DNA of 64,000 bases, taken from positions 12,662-76,661 of the forward strand of contig NZ_JAFQXT010000043.1 of assembly GCF_017406825.1 (NCBI RefSeq), read 5' to 3'. The notes under the pieces are model-generated. The model saw nothing but the letters and a program-made list of their open reading frames with translations. It did no database searches and had not been told where the DNA came from. The stretch's first letter is position 1. Every line of letters begins with the position of its first letter. This document shows positions 63,115 through 64,000 of the stretch, piece by piece. This DNA comes from Methanobrevibacter sp. Its GTDB lineage: Archaea > Methanobacteriota > Methanobacteria > Methanobacteriales > Methanobacteriaceae. The position numbers were made by a program, and so were the translations under genes.

Positions 63115-64000
63115 ACTGCTTGCTCCGGTCGGATCAATGGACCATTTGAAAGTGGCAATCAATGCAGGGGCCAGTTCCGTCTATTTATCCGGAAAGAACT
63201 ATGGCGCAAGGAAGTTTGCCGAAAACTTCACATTGGAAGAAATAGAGGAAGCCGTAAACACCGCCCACATGCATAATGTCAAGGTTTACGTTACCGTCAA
63301 TACGCTAATTAAAGAATCGGAACTTGAAAATGTTATAAACTATCTATCCAAACTATATGCAATCGGCGTTGACGCAGTTCTTGTGCAGGACATCGGACTT
63401 GTTGATTTGATTAATGAACATTTGCCCGATTTAAACATCCATGCTTCAACGCAGATGACCTGTGAAAACCAAATGAAATTGGATTGGCTTGAAAGCAAAG
63501 GCATTAAGAGGGTTGTTCTTCCACGTGAAATGAGAAAAGAAGAAATTGAAAATCTCAAAACTGATATGGAGCTTGAAATATTTGTCCATGGAGCATTATG
63601 CTATTCCTATTCTGGACAGTGCCTGATGAGCAGTTTCAAGGGAGGCAGAAGTGGAAACCGAGGCGCATGCGCCCAACCTTGCCGTCAGAAATATAGGATT
63701 GAGGGAATAAAAAAACAGGATTACTATCTCTCTCCATGCGATTTAAGCTTATTTGATCATTTAAGGGAAATCTCCGAGTTGAATATTCGATGCATCAAGA
63801 TTGAAGGCAGAATGAGGTCGAAAGAATATCTGGCCATTGTTGTAAGCAACTACCGAAAAGCATTGAACAGGCTAAAAAGCGGGAAGAAAACCACATCAGA
63901 AGAAATAAAATTAGTGTTCAATAGGGGTTTTAGTGAAGGGCAGTTTTTAAATGCCTCCAAAAGAAGCATACGTGCAGGACACATTGGCTTAAGGATAGGT
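63101..64000 (+). CDS. U32-family protein, second copy (partial, continues past the window end)
   Basis: Frame is open from ATG 63101 to the window end. Carries MRIPELLAPVGSMDHLKVAINAGASSVY...EIFVHGALCYSYSGQCLMS...GNRGACAQPCR. Overlaps the upstream U32 gene by 14 nt. Confidence 0.8.
   Translation, partial: MRIPELLAPVGSMDHLKVAINAGASSVYLSGKNYGARKFAENFTLEEIEEAVNTAHMHNVKVYVTVNTLIKESELENVINYLSKLYAIGVDAVLVQDIGLVDLINEHLPDLNIHASTQMTCENQMKLDWLESKGIKRVVLPREMRKEEIENLKTDMELEIFVHGALCYSYSGQCLMSSFKGGRSGNRGACAQPCRQKYRIEGIKKQDYYLSPCDLSLFDHLREISELNIRCIKIEGRMRSKEYLAIVVSNYRKALNRLKSGKKTTSEEIKLVFNRGFSEGQFLNASKRSIRAGHIGLRIG

Overview
AT-rich, densely coding archaeal chromosome segment, best explained as a Methanobacteriales methanogen (Methanobrevibacter-like). 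The taxonomic call is inferred from gene content: TiaS, PurP, MCM, aIF2-beta, NMD3, NucS, a Thg1-like protein, the YcaO-TfuA pair, a class III signal peptide pilin, adhesin-like repeat remnants and frequent GGTGAT-type ribosome binding sites. I support about 65 protein-coding genes. Most are housekeeping: serA, carAB, nadX/nadC/nadA, purP, tmk, tyrS, rnz, rlmE, mcm, lhr, nucS. By eye I found no rRNA, tRNA, CRISPR array, transposase or integrase. One stretch (about 14.7-20.8 kb) and a second (about 27.6-30.7 kb) look accessory or decaying. They hold a truncated, frameshifted adhesin-like remnant, a Cna-B surface protein with a sortase-like C-terminal signal, a phosphopantetheinyl transferase interrupted by an in-frame TAG, and a heavily degraded FtsX-type ABC permease. 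I did not find a clear-cut novel multi-gene system such as a defence island. The candidates most worth follow-up are: (1) a pair of MetX-like alpha/beta hydrolases, one lacking its catalytic Ser and His, bracketing a translationally coupled small acidic protein; (2) tandem overlapping U32-family (UbiU/UbiV-like Fe-S) genes in an organism without ubiquinone; (3) an M50 protease tightly coupled to ycaO-tfuA; (4) the Cna-B protein with an xxNTG sorting signal; (5) tandem overlapping single-repeat TMEM175-type channel genes. All functional calls come from motif recognition in the supplied translations. No database search was run.
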